Below, in pieces: positions 26,412 to 35,933 of a DNA stretch of 64,000 nucleotides. The notes beneath the pieces were generated by a model. The model was given only the letters and a program-made list of their open reading frames with translations, ran no database searches and was not told the origin of the DNA. The stretch is from positions 2,208,001 through 2,272,000 of the forward strand of contig CAVRAY010000001.1 of the NCBI GenBank assembly GCA_963719225.1, written 5' to 3'. The translations under genes were made by a program, and so were the position numbers. How positions within the stretch are numbered: position 1 is the first letter of the stretch; every line of letters starts with the position of its first letter. Source of the DNA: Thermoanaerobaculia bacterium. Its GTDB lineage: Bacteria > Acidobacteriota > Thermoanaerobaculia > UBA5066.

Positions 26412-27935
26412 TTATCCGCTCAGCCGTTCGGTCATCTGCTGCAAGCGGTTCCAGTCCACGACGCCCGGAGCCGAGTACGGACGATCCACGAGGACCGGGC
26501 GACGGGTTCCTTCGGTGTCGCAGAGGACGTGCCGCTTCGGAATCCTCAGGCCGTCGGGCGTGAACCCTTCGCACACGACGAGGAGGAGGCGGCCGTCCGG
26601 CGAGAACCCGAGTGACGTGGTGTACCGATCCTCTCCCGGCGCCGGCCCTGCCGAGGTCGCCGAAACGCCGACCGACAGGACCTCGGGCTCGGCGGACGCC
26701 GCCGGCTCGATCACGCGGGCCCGGGCGATGTCCAGCAGCCGCGTTCTGCGACGGCCCGCGGTGGGCGCCTCGTCCCACACGAGCTTCTTCCCGGTGGCGT
26801 CGAACGCGAGACTCGCCGGGTCCGCGCCCACGACCGTGTAGGGCTGGATGGCGTCCCTGCCGTCCGGTCGCGTCACGACGAGCAGCGTGACTCCGCCCCG
26901 CGCGACGAACAGGGCGCGCAGGCCGGATGCGGAGACGACGGGCTTGTCCGAAACGACCTTGCGCGGAAGAGATTTCGTGAGGCGCGCGACGAGGCGGTCG
27001 GCCGCGCGGCGGCGCGCGGCATCCGGCGCCGTCGCCGTGACCTCGGAAGCCGACTCGATCGCGCCGTCGCGATAGACGGCGAACGCCTCGACGTCGCCGC
27101 GGCGCGCGGCTCCCTCGGCGAGCCACGACAGCAGCCGCGCGCGCTCGAGGAGAAACGCCACGCGGCGCGGGGACGCGGGGAATGAGGCGAGGAACTCGGC
27201 CAGGTCGCGCTCGCGACGGGTGGCGGCAGAGACGTCCGCGGGCGCCTGCGGATCCACGAGCGGGCCGCACGACGTCAGGAGCCGGAGCCGCGCGCGCTCG
27301 GCGACGTCGGCCTGAGGAGCGAGGGCGATCAGCCGGCGATAGGCCGCGCCGTCGTACCGATATCCGCCGCCGTCGCCCTTCGGAACGAGCGTCATGCCCC
27401 AGATCCGCGCGAGCCGGACCGAGGCGGGCTCTCCCCCGTCCTCCCGCGGCCGTGCCGAGGCCGCGAGGAGCTCGCCGGCGCGGCCCAGGAGCTCCCACGC
27501 CTCGACGCGCGAGGCGTCGCGCCGCGTGACTTCGTGAAGATACGCCGCGGCGAGAACGGGCCGGTCGTTCGCATCGAGAAGGAGGCGTGCGTTGCCGACG
27601 AGCCGTTCGATCGATTCTCGCGGGTCGTCGAGGACGAAAAACGCCGAGGAGTCGGTCCAGCCGCGCGATGCGGGGACGGTGCCCCAGGCCGGCGCCAGGA
27701 CGAGGACGCGGCTGCCGCTGCGCTCCAGGAGCTGCGCCGGAGCGCTGGCCGCGACGCGCCCGCCGTTCCCGAGGCGATCCGCGGGCGTTTCGCCGAGGAC
27801 CACCGAACGGAGCGCGACGAGGTCCTTCCCTTCCGGCTCGTCGGCGCGGGCGAGCGCCGCGAGGAGCAGGGGCGAGGCGAGGAGCCCGAGGAACGCGAGC
27901 AGCCTGAGGATCGGGGCGACGTACCGGCGGAACAT
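26412..27935 (-). CDS. Exported hypothetical protein (TPR-like helices plus C-terminal propeller-like repeats)
   Basis: GGAGG RBS, signal peptide, GFSPDGR. Confidence 0.7.
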   Translation of the reverse strand: MFRRYVAPILRLLAFLGLLASPLLLAALARADEPEGKDLVALRSVVLGETPADRLGNGGRVAASAPAQLLERSGSRVLVLAPAWGTVPASRGWTDSSAFFVLDDPRESIERLVGNARLLLDANDRPVLAAAYLHEVTRRDASRVEAWELLGRAGELLAASARPREDGGEPASVRLARIWGMTLVPKGDGGGYRYDGAAYRRLIALAPQADVAERARLRLLTSCGPLVDPQAPADVSAATRRERDLAEFLASFPASPRRVAFLLERARLLSWLAEGAARRGDVEAFAVYRDGAIESASEVTATAPDAARRRAADRLVARLTKSLPRKVVSDKPVVSASGLRALFVARGGVTLLVVTRPDGRDAIQPYTVVGADPASLAFDATGKKLVWDEAPTAGRRRTRLLDIARARVIEPAASAEPEVLSVGVSATSAGPAPGEDRYTTSLGFSPDGRLLLVVCEGFTPDGLRIPKRHVLCDTEGTRRPVLVDRPYSAPGVVDWNRLQQMTERLSG

Positions 27936-27980
27936 GTGAACCTCCCGGCGCGATGTCCTGTCCGCGCCTGGCAGGGCCAG

Positions 27981-27996
27981 TTCACGCTTCGTGCCG
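27981..27996 (-). promoter_or_regulatory. Possible sigma54-like -24/-12 promoter
   Basis: CGGCACGAAGCGTGAA (GG-N10-GA rather than GC) ~45 bp upstream of the operon containing the bEBP. Confidence 0.25.
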
Positions 27997-28053
27997 CGAG
28001 GGCGATCACGCCCGGTGCGTTTCTGGTAACGCCTGTATTATGCGATATGGAGT

Positions 28054-28072
28054 AGTTTTCTTAGAAAAGGAG
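28054..28072 (-). repeat. Dispersed motif copy (intergenic, extended palindrome)
   Basis: AGTTTTCTTAGAAAAGGAG. Confidence 0.65.
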
Positions 28073-28077
28073 ATAAC

Positions 28078-29055
28078 TCACAGGTCGTGATAGTCGAGCC
28101 GGATCTTCGTCTCCGCGAAGGTCTTTCCGTCCACCTCGACGTACGGGTAGATGAAGAAGTTCAGCGGGCCGTCCTTCTGCGGCGGGGAGAGCGTGAGATC
28201 GCGGCCCGTCGTGATGTCGTACCGGTCCGGGTCGAGATGGCCGAAGAGGTACGCCTTCTTCACGGGCTCTTTCGTCTTCGCGGCGTCGGACGCGTCGACC
28301 GGCACCCAGCCCTGCCCGGGTGCCCAGAACTCCGCCCAGCAGTGATATCCGGGCACGGAGCCTTCCTTTTCGGGCTTCAGCGGGAAGCCGATGGAGAAAC
28401 GCACCGGGATCCCCTCGGCGCGCGCGAGCGCCATGAACGCCGAGTGGAAATCCGTGCAGTTCCCTTTCTTCACATCGCAGAAGCGCTCCGAGTCGCCCTT
28501 TCCCCAGCCCGGGGCGGTCTTGTCGTACGTGCCGTTGTCGACGAGGTAGTCGTAGAAGGCCCGCGCCTTCGAGACGTTGTCGGTCTTTCCCGCCGACAAC
28601 GTGCGGGCGAGCTCCCTGACGCGGGGCGTCAGCGGCACGAGCCGGTTCGGCTTGAGGAGCTCCGACGCGCCGGGAGGCGCGGTCCTCTTCGCGCTGCCTG
28701 GAGCGGGCGCCACGGCCTCGCGCCTCGTGACGCGATACGTCGCCTTGACCTCGAGGTCCTTCCCGAGCTGCTCGGGCTGGTCGAGGACGAAATGCGCGAG
28801 GCGGTTCCCCGCCGAATCGGTTTCGAGCGTGAACGGAGCGGGCGCCTGGATTTTCATCTCGGAAACGGACTGATACGGGCCGTCCGACGGCAGCGGAACC
28901 CAGACCTCCGCCTTCTTCGCCGTGGCCGGAAGAGCCGCGATCGTGCCGACGTAAGTGGCTTCGAAGGACCTCACCGTTGGCGTCTTCGTGCCCGCGACGA
29001 GAAAGGCCCCCGAGCAGGCGGCGAGAACGGCAGCGGCGGCGCAGAGCTTTTTCAT
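28078..29055 (-). CDS. Exported transglutaminase-like protein
   Basis: GNCTDF, HCWAEF, W.PVD catalytic triad. Confidence 0.88.
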   Translation of the reverse strand: MKKLCAAAAVLAACSGAFLVAGTKTPTVRSFEATYVGTIAALPATAKKAEVWVPLPSDGPYQSVSEMKIQAPAPFTLETDSAGNRLAHFVLDQPEQLGKDLEVKATYRVTRREAVAPAPGSAKRTAPPGASELLKPNRLVPLTPRVRELARTLSAGKTDNVSKARAFYDYLVDNGTYDKTAPGWGKGDSERFCDVKKGNCTDFHSAFMALARAEGIPVRFSIGFPLKPEKEGSVPGYHCWAEFWAPGQGWVPVDASDAAKTKEPVKKAYLFGHLDPDRYDITTGRDLTLSPPQKDGPLNFFIYPYVEVDGKTFAETKIRLDYHDL

Positions 29056-29097
29056 GGTTCCCCCCGGCCGGATTCTAGGGACGGTCGCTTCCCTTTC

Positions 29098-29694
29098 TCA
29101 ACTCGCGAGCGAAAGAAAGTGGAATGCCGCGATCACCAAAGAATGCGTGATGGCTCCCCGCCGGATGAGGCCCGGGATGCGGGCCAACGGCACGAGCTCG
29201 ACGGCCAGGTCTTCGCCTTCGTCGGGGATGAGCTCCCCCACGGGGCGGCACCCCTTCGCGAGATAGGTCGTGCACCGATTCGAGAGGATGGCGGGATTCG
29301 GCTCCACGACCCCGAGCCGCTTCCAGCTCCGCGCCACGTGCCCCGTCTCCTCGCGCAGCTCGCGTCGGCCGGCGACCAGAGCCGAGCCGTCGTGGGTCTC
29401 CACGCCGCCGCCCGGGATTTCCAGCGTGACCGTGCGCGTGCCCGCCCGGAACTGCCTGACGAGGACGACCTCGTTCCGATCCGTCAATGCGATGACGTTC
29501 ACCCAGTCGGGGCAGTCGAGGACGTAGAACGGGTGCGGAAGACCAGTTCTCGGCGAGCGCAGGATCTCGCGCCGCACCGAAAAGACCTTGAAGCTGCCGA
29601 GCGCCTCGCGGGAGACGACCGGCCAGATTGAGGGAATCGTCCGAAAAACACCGGGCGAGATTTGCTTAGAAGACGAGCCCCTCTTCCCTTTCAA
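29098..29694 (-). CDS. NUDIX hydrolase (ADP-ribose pyrophosphatase-like); start uncertain
   Basis: VRQFR, EIPGG, RRELREETG. Confidence 0.88.
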   Translation of the reverse strand: MKGKRGSSSKQISPGVFRTIPSIWPVVSREALGSFKVFSVRREILRSPRTGLPHPFYVLDCPDWVNVIALTDRNEVVLVRQFRAGTRTVTLEIPGGGVETHDGSALVAGRRELREETGHVARSWKRLGVVEPNPAILSNRCTTYLAKGCRPVGELIPDEGEDLAVELVPLARIPGLIRRGAITHSLVIAAFHFLSLAS

Positions 29695-29704
29695 AGAAAT
29701 CTTC
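29657..29704. repeat. Two back-to-back motif copies in opposite orientation
   Basis: GAGATTTGCTTAGAAGACGAG followed by CCCCTCTTCCCTTTCAAAGAAATCTTC. Confidence 0.65.
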
Positions 29705-29715
29705 TCTTCGTCTTC

Positions 29716-30678
29716 TCAGCCGTTCCCGAAGCCCGTGATGATGTAGGAGCCGCTCTTGGCGTCGCGTTTCAGCGAGATGACTTTCGCCTTCTCGGCGGCC
29801 TCGAGCAGCTCCGAGAACGCGCGGAAACCGTAATAGCTCTCGTTGAACGACGGATTCTTGCGCTGCATGGTCTGCTTGACCATCGAGCCCCAGAGGATTT
29901 CCTTGTTCTCGCGCTTCAACGCGAGGATGGAGTCCATCAGGAGGGAGAACGCTTCGGCCGTCTTCTCCGGCAGGCCCTGGAGAGACGCCGTCTTCGACTT
30001 CTCGCGAACGAGGTCCTCGTAATAGAGGAACTCGTCGCAGTTGTCGATGAGGAGCTCCGACGTCGAACCCTTCACGCCGAAGCCCAGGACCTGCTTGTTG
30101 TTCTCCTTCAGCTTCGAGACGAGAGGGGAAAAATCCGAGTCGCCGGATCCGATGACGAACGTCGTGATGTGCTCCTTGTTCGAGGCGAGGTCCATCGCGT
30201 CGACGACCATCCGGATGTCTGCGGAGTTCTTTCCGGTCATGCGGTGCTGCGGGATGTCGATGAGCTCGAACGCGCTCTCGTGAAACGCGCGCTTGTATTC
30301 CAGGTAGCGGCTCCAGTCGGCATACGCCCGCTTGACGACGATCTTCCCCTTCTCGAGGAGCCGCGAGATGAGGAGCTTGACGTCGAACTTCGGATGTCCG
30401 CTCTCGCGCAATCCGATGAGGAGGTTGTCGATGTCGATGAAGAGGGCGAGGTTCTGTTCTTCCTGATTCATGGCTCCTGCCGGTGGCGGGGTTCCCATCC
30501 CCTCGATGAAATTCGACGGGGCGGAAACAGGGGACGGGGGCGCAAAAACGGGCTCGGCTTCGGGAAACGGGGCGTCGGCGAGGTCCTCGGGTGTCTTTGG
30601 CGGGACGCCCGAGCGTCCGCGCCCGCCGCGGCGGCGGCGCCGGGCGCCGCCCGCGGCCTTCGGGGCGGCGTCGCTCAC
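29716..30678 (-). CDS. NYN-domain (LabA/DUF88) protein with OST-HTH; start uncertain
   Basis: FIDIDN, GKNSADI, SGDSDF, CDEF, FNESYYGF. Confidence 0.88.
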   Translation of the reverse strand: MSDAAPKAAGGARRRRRGGRGRSGVPPKTPEDLADAPFPEAEPVFAPPSPVSAPSNFIEGMGTPPPAGAMNQEEQNLALFIDIDNLLIGLRESGHPKFDVKLLISRLLEKGKIVVKRAYADWSRYLEYKRAFHESAFELIDIPQHRMTGKNSADIRMVVDAMDLASNKEHITTFVIGSGDSDFSPLVSKLKENNKQVLGFGVKGSTSELLIDNCDEFLYYEDLVREKSKTASLQGLPEKTAEAFSLLMDSILALKRENKEILWGSMVKQTMQRKNPSFNESYYGFRAFSELLEAAEKAKVISLKRDAKSGSYIITGFGNG

Positions 30679-30748
30679 GAAACCTCTGTCACGGAGCGCC
30701 ATTGTCGCACGGATCGGGCTTGCGCGGCCTGATGCGAGAATCCGGACC

Positions 30749-31729
30749 ATGGAGTCTCCTCCTCTTCTTTTCGATCTCACGGGCCGCGGCGCGGTCGTCC
30801 TCACCGGAAAGGACCGCGCTTCGTACCTTCACGGCCTCGTCACGAACGACATCAAGAATCTGACCCCGGGCACCGGCTGCGCGGCGGCCTTCCTGACGCC
30901 GAAGGGAAAGCTCCTGGCCGACTGCGTCGTCCTGGGCGAGGAGGACCGCCTCGAGATCGACTGCGAGCCGGAGCTCGCGAAGAAGATCGAAGATTTGCTT
31001 CGGAAGTATCTGGTATTCAACGAGGTCGAGATCGGGACTCTCACATCGGAGACGGCCGTCTTTCACCTCCAGCATTCGGCGGCGGGTGACGCGGTCGAAG
31101 ATTTTCTGAGAAGGGTAATAGGGGAAGGAGAGCTCCGGCCCGCCGTGGCGTTGCCGGACACGCCGCACGCCCACGTCATGGCGTTAATTTCCGGCGACGT
31201 CCGCCTCGTTCGCGAGAACCGCACCGGCATCCCGGGCTACGACGTCCGCTTCCCCTCTTCCCACTCAGAAGAAATCCGAAAAGCATTCCTCGCCGCCGGG
31301 GCGCGGCAGGCCTCGGACGCCGAATTGGAAAGCCTGCGCATCCGGGCCGGCATCCCGCGCTGGGGCTTCGAGCTGACGGAAGCCGTCCTGCCTGACGAAG
31401 CCGGGCTGAGGGAGCGGGGCTTCATCTCCGACAGCAAGGGCTGCTACATCGGACAGGAGACGGTGGCCCGCATCAAGACGTACGGTCACGTGAACCGAAG
31501 CCTCGTGCGCCTGCTTCTCGAGGGGGAAGCTCCCGCGGCCGGCAGCGAGATCCTCTTCGAGGGGGAGAAGGCCGGAGCCGTGACGAGCGCCGCCCCGGGG
31601 GCGGCATCCGCTCCGGCCACCGCCCTTGCGTACGTCCGGCGAGAGCGCGCCGCTCCCGGAACGCGGCTCCTCGTCCGCACGAGAGAAGGCGACCGCCCCG
31701 CGACGGTGTCGCCGCCGCCCGTTGCCTGA
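30749..31729 (+). CDS. ygfZ: YgfZ/GcvT-like folate-binding protein
   Basis: GLVTND, LTPKGK, KGCYIGQE. Confidence 0.88.
   Translation: MESPPLLFDLTGRGAVVLTGKDRASYLHGLVTNDIKNLTPGTGCAAAFLTPKGKLLADCVVLGEEDRLEIDCEPELAKKIEDLLRKYLVFNEVEIGTLTSETAVFHLQHSAAGDAVEDFLRRVIGEGELRPAVALPDTPHAHVMALISGDVRLVRENRTGIPGYDVRFPSSHSEEIRKAFLAAGARQASDAELESLRIRAGIPRWGFELTEAVLPDEAGLRERGFISDSKGCYIGQETVARIKTYGHVNRSLVRLLLEGEAPAAGSEILFEGEKAGAVTSAAPGAASAPATALAYVRRERAAPGTRLLVRTREGDRPATVSPPPVA
31097..31124 (-). repeat. Dispersed motif copy (intragenic)
   Basis: + strand GAAGATTTTCTGAGAAGGGTAATAGGGG. Confidence 0.75.
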
Positions 31730-32651
31730 GTCCCGCCCGCGTCCGCGCGCGGACGGCCGGGCGATCGCCGCCCTCATCGCCGTCCAGGTCTGCTTCGGCA
31801 CGTTTCCGGTATTCGGGAAGCTCGCGCTCGCCGAAACGCCCCCGATGGTCCTCGCCGCGATGCGCGCGGTCGCCGGCGCGATCGTCCTCACGCTCCTCGC
31901 ACGCGTTCTGGCACCCGAGGAGAAGCCCCCCGAGCCGCGCGACCGCCGCATGCTCATCGTCCTGTCGCTGTTCGGCATCGTCGCGAACCAGACGTTGTTC
32001 GTGAGCGGACTCGCCCGCACGACAGCGACGAACGCGACGCTGTGCACAGCGGCCACGCCCGTCTTCACGATGCTCATTGCCGCGGTTTCCGGACGCGACC
32101 GTCCGTCCGTGAGGAGGATGCTGGGAGTTCCGATCGCCCTCGCGGGGCTCCTGACACTCCTGGACGTGGCCCACCTCGACTTCAGCGACCGGACGCTCGT
32201 CGGGAATCTCCTGATCCTCTCGAACGCCCTGTCGTACTCGATCTTTCTCGTTCTCTCCCGCGACGTTCTCGCTCGAAGGTCCGCGGCCTCCGTGACGGCC
32301 GCGATCTTCCGCTATGCCGCCCTGCCGATCCTCCTACTCGCCGTGGCCGACCTCGGGACGTTCCGGCCGGGCGCGCTGACCGGCCGTGCCTGGATCGGAA
32401 TCGCCGGCGTCATCGTCCTTTCGACGATCGTGGCATATGCCCTTAATACGTGGGCTCTCGCGCGGATGACCGCGACGACCGTCGCGATGTTCATGTACGT
32501 GCAGCCTCTCGTCGCGATCTCCCTCGCGCGGGCGGTCCTCGGCGAGCGACCGTCGCCTCAGACGGCGGTGGCGGCGGCGCTCATCTTCGCGGGCGTGGCG
32601 CTCACGACGTGGCCCGAATCCCTCATGGTCCGTCGGCCGCCCCCGCGATGA
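31722..32651 (+). CDS. DMT/EamA family transporter
   Basis: 10 TM helices, two EamA repeats, YVQP, LGE. Confidence 0.88.
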   Translation: MPESRPRPRADGRAIAALIAVQVCFGTFPVFGKLALAETPPMVLAAMRAVAGAIVLTLLARVLAPEEKPPEPRDRRMLIVLSLFGIVANQTLFVSGLARTTATNATLCTAATPVFTMLIAAVSGRDRPSVRRMLGVPIALAGLLTLLDVAHLDFSDRTLVGNLLILSNALSYSIFLVLSRDVLARRSAASVTAAIFRYAALPILLLAVADLGTFRPGALTGRAWIGIAGVIVLSTIVAYALNTWALARMTATTVAMFMYVQPLVAISLARAVLGERPSPQTAVAAALIFAGVALTTWPESLMVRRPPPR

Positions 32652-33888
32652 ACACGGAGTCCTGGGACTGGTTGTCGATGACCGTGGCGTAGGAGAACAG
32701 GGGCGCGCCGGACGTCACGACCGCGTACGCGTTTCTCGTCAGGGTCGACGCCGAACCTGCGTTGAGGAAGACGTCGTTCAGCTGGCGGGCTTCATTCGGC
32801 GCCAGCGTGAGCGGGATCGGCGCTCCCAGTACCGTTCCCGAGCTTCCGTAAAGGGTGATCGTGGCCGAGACCGCCGAGGAGCCGGGGTTGTAGAGACCCA
32901 CGTTCGAGCGGAAGCCCTGCGACAGGTCGCCGCCGCTCGAGCCGAGCCCGACGAGGATCGCGCGCGTGCGCGCGTCGGCCGAGGCCAGCGCCGGGACGGA
33001 CGTCCCCGTCGTCGGCGCGGGGAGCGACGGCGAATACGTACGCGAGAGCACGGTGATCGGGGTGGAAGTGTCGTAGCTCAGCTCGATCGCGCCCGCGGTG
33101 CCCGGATCGCCGAACAGCGTGACGAGCGCGTCCGTGAAATACACGGACTGGCGAGGAAACACCCCGAAAAACCGGTTCGTGGCAGCGCAGGTCTGGGAAG
33201 TGAAGCAGCGGTGGCGCGCGGTGACGCTCGCGTCGAAGAGCGACGAGGAGCCGAGTACCCAGAGGTCCGTCTGGAAGAACGTGCCGTTCTGCCCGTGGAT
33301 CGACGCCGAGGCGGGAATCGTGACTGTCGCTACGGGCGCCACCGAGGGCTCGTCGAAGTAAGCCTGGACAATCCCGCCGGCAGCGACCTTCTCGAGCCGG
33401 ACGGCGACGAGAGCGCTCGCCATACCCGGGGGAACGACCCCCGTGCCAATGCCGAAGTCGATCCATGCGTCGAAACCGGACGTGATCGACCCGGTGCCGT
33501 TTCCGAATCCCGCGAGCGCGGTTCCTCCGCAGGAAGGGACGGAGTAGTAATTGAGAATCCCCTGGGCCCGAGCCGTGCTCGACTGACCCGCCGGGACTCG
33601 AACGCGGACGCGAAACACCACCGTGGCGCCGGGGACGACGGCGACGCACTGCGTCAGCCCTCCGGAGAAGCCGGCGACGCCGGAGGAATTCGTGAGGAGT
33701 GCCGAGCCGGACGCGGCCGAGCCGCCGATGTCGAGGGGGGACCAGCCCGCCGAGACGCCCGACTCCAGCGTCCACCCGGCGAGGTTCGTGGCAAAGCCCG
33801 GGTTCACGAAAAGGTTCTGCGCGGCCGCCGAACCCGCGCCGAGGACGAAGACGAGAAGCCAGGCCGGTCGCGATGACGTTGCGCGCAT
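32623..33888 (-). CDS. Secreted beta-rich hypothetical protein
   Basis: Signal peptide, NPGF..W (CBM-like), FQTDLW, FRSNVGLYN, VIDN.SQD. Confidence 0.75.
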   Translation of the reverse strand: MRATSSRPAWLLVFVLGAGSAAAQNLFVNPGFATNLAGWTLESGVSAGWSPLDIGGSAASGSALLTNSSGVAGFSGGLTQCVAVVPGATVVFRVRVRVPAGQSSTARAQGILNYYSVPSCGGTALAGFGNGTGSITSGFDAWIDFGIGTGVVPPGMASALVAVRLEKVAAGGIVQAYFDEPSVAPVATVTIPASASIHGQNGTFFQTDLWVLGSSSLFDASVTARHRCFTSQTCAATNRFFGVFPRQSVYFTDALVTLFGDPGTAGAIELSYDTSTPITVLSRTYSPSLPAPTTGTSVPALASADARTRAILVGLGSSGGDLSQGFRSNVGLYNPGSSAVSATITLYGSSGTVLGAPIPLTLAPNEARQLNDVFLNAGSASTLTRNAYAVVTSGAPLFSYATVIDNQSQDSVFIAGAADGP

Positions 33889-33928
33889 GACATCGACTCC
33901 TTTGATGTTCACGTTTCCCGGATGCCGT

Positions 33929-35581
33929 TCACAGAGGCGCGGGACGCCCGAGCAGGTAACCCTGCCCGTACGTCACGCCGAGACGCTCGACCTCGGCCTT
34001 TTCCGCCTCGGTCTCGATGCCTTCCGCCACGGTCTCCGCGTCGATGCGCGCGGCGAGCCGGACGAGCATCTCGACGACGTCCCGCTTGATCGAGTCCTCG
34101 TGAAGGCCCGTCACGAGGTAGTTCGAGATCTTGAGGTACTGGGGACGGAGCTCCGCGATGGACTGGAGCGACGCGTAGCCGGAGCCCGCGTCGTCGATCG
34201 CGATGCGGAAACCGAGCTCGCGAAGCACCCGCACGCTCTCGCGGAAGAGGTCGTAGTCGCGGATGGCGGCCCGCTCCGTGATCTCGAGAACGACGCCGCT
34301 CTGGATCGCGAGGAGCGGCTGGAGCACCTCGTGGCCGCGCGACTTCAGCGCGTGAATGAGCTCGGTCTCCACGTTCACGAAAAGCATGCCGGGCCGTTTC
34401 CCGACGAAGCGCTCGGCCGAGAACTGCATGCAGATCTTCTCGAGGCTCCAGACCTGGTCTGATTTGAGCGCGTAGTCGAAGAGCATCTCGGGGTTCTCGA
34501 AGGGCGAGTCGGCGGGCCCCCGCGAGAGAGCTTCGTGCGCGAAGATGGCGCCGCTCTTGAGGTCCACGATCGGTTGATAGAGGGTCTCGATCTGGCGGTG
34601 CACGAGCACGTCCTTGAACTGCTCCCTCAGCAGGGCCGCCCGCTCCCCTTCCTTCGTCGAGGCGACGGAGATCGCCTCGCGGAGAGCGCGGTAGACGAGC
34701 CGCTCGAGGCGGACCTGCGGGCTGTAGAGCAGCTTCGCGTAGCCGACGTACAGGCCGATCTTCCTCTGGATGCGGTGCTCGAATTTCTCGCTCAGCGTCT
34801 CGCGCAGCGACTCCTCGATCTGGCGCGCCTTGCGCTGGAGGCGCTCCAGGATCTCGTCGCCCCTGAGGCCGGGCGGCACCGAAAGGAACACGTAGAACTC
34901 GGACCCCGAGGGTCGGTTGATCGCAATGAGGTCTTCCGTGGAGAACAGCGTTCCGAGGAGCCGCTTCAGGGCCTTCGCGGCTTCCCTCAGGACGTCGTCG
35001 AAGACCTCCCAGCCATAGTAGTCCTCGATGTGGGCGTATTTCTCGAAGTCGATGAACAGCACGCCCACCTCGTGATCGACGAGTAGCCATTCGCGGAGCG
35101 CGTCGACGATGACTGGAATCGTCGGGAGGCCCGACACCGTGTCGAAGAGCAGGTTGCGTGTCCGCGCGTCTCCCGTGTCCCTCGGCATGAACGCCGATCG
35201 CGGGCCCTCCCCCGGCTCGAGGAGGCGCTCCACCGTCTCGAGCAGATGGCGCTTCGTGAACGGCTTGGTGATGTAGTCGTTGGCGCCGACCTGCATTCCC
35301 GTGATCAGGTCCTTGATCTCGGACTTCACCGTGAGCATTACGATCGGGATCGAGGACGTCTCGGGCAGGTTCTTCAGCGTCGCGCAGACCTCCCAGCCCG
35401 ACATCTGCGGCATCGTGACGTCCAGGAGGATCACGTCCGGCTGGATCGCGGCCGCCTGCTCGATCCCTTCCCGGCCGTTGCGCGCGAGGATGGGAGCGTA
35501 GCCGGCGTTCGTGAGGAGCGTCTGGACGATGAGGAGGATGTCCTCGTCGTCGTCGACGATCAGGATCTTTCGTTCGTTCAC
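33929..35581 (-). CDS. Response regulator with degenerate GGDEF and EAL phosphodiesterase
   Basis: REC, SGSEF (degenerate), EAL.R, EITE, DDAGSG, EGIE, QGY. Confidence 0.9.
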   Translation of the reverse strand: MNERKILIVDDDEDILLIVQTLLTNAGYAPILARNGREGIEQAAAIQPDVILLDVTMPQMSGWEVCATLKNLPETSSIPIVMLTVKSEIKDLITGMQVGANDYITKPFTKRHLLETVERLLEPGEGPRSAFMPRDTGDARTRNLLFDTVSGLPTIPVIVDALREWLLVDHEVGVLFIDFEKYAHIEDYYGWEVFDDVLREAAKALKRLLGTLFSTEDLIAINRPSGSEFYVFLSVPPGLRGDEILERLQRKARQIEESLRETLSEKFEHRIQRKIGLYVGYAKLLYSPQVRLERLVYRALREAISVASTKEGERAALLREQFKDVLVHRQIETLYQPIVDLKSGAIFAHEALSRGPADSPFENPEMLFDYALKSDQVWSLEKICMQFSAERFVGKRPGMLFVNVETELIHALKSRGHEVLQPLLAIQSGVVLEITERAAIRDYDLFRESVRVLRELGFRIAIDDAGSGYASLQSIAELRPQYLKISNYLVTGLHEDSIKRDVVEMLVRLAARIDAETVAEGIETEAEKAEVERLGVTYGQGYLLGRPAPL

Positions 35582-35606
35582 GACACTCCGATCTTAAACG
35601 GACGCC

Positions 35607-35933
35607 TCAAAACTCCACGTCACAGGCCGCGAGGTCCGCCGGCGACGGGGGCGCGGCCAGAGTCTCGGCGTCGACGCGGCTCACGCGCGAAAGGCTCGGC
35701 CCCTCCCCGAGGGCCGCCTCCAGGCGGTCCAGCGCGTGGACGGCACCGGATGCGATGACCTCCACCCTCCCGTCGTCGAGGTTCCGCGCGCCCCCCCGGA
35801 GATTCAGCGCCCGGCCCGCGCGCGCCGCGAACGCGCGATATCCCACACCCTGCACGCGTCCCGAAACCCTCCAGCGGCGCACGGCCGCGAGCCAGCCGCC
35901 CGAATCGTCAACTCCGGGATCCTGGCCCTTCAT
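35607..35933 (-). CDS. acyP: Acylphosphatase
   Basis: SGRVQGVGYR, N..DG.VE. Confidence 0.9.
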   Translation of the reverse strand: MKGQDPGVDDSGGWLAAVRRWRVSGRVQGVGYRAFAARAGRALNLRGGARNLDDGRVEVIASGAVHALDRLEAALGEGPSLSRVSRVDAETLAAPPSPADLAACDVEF

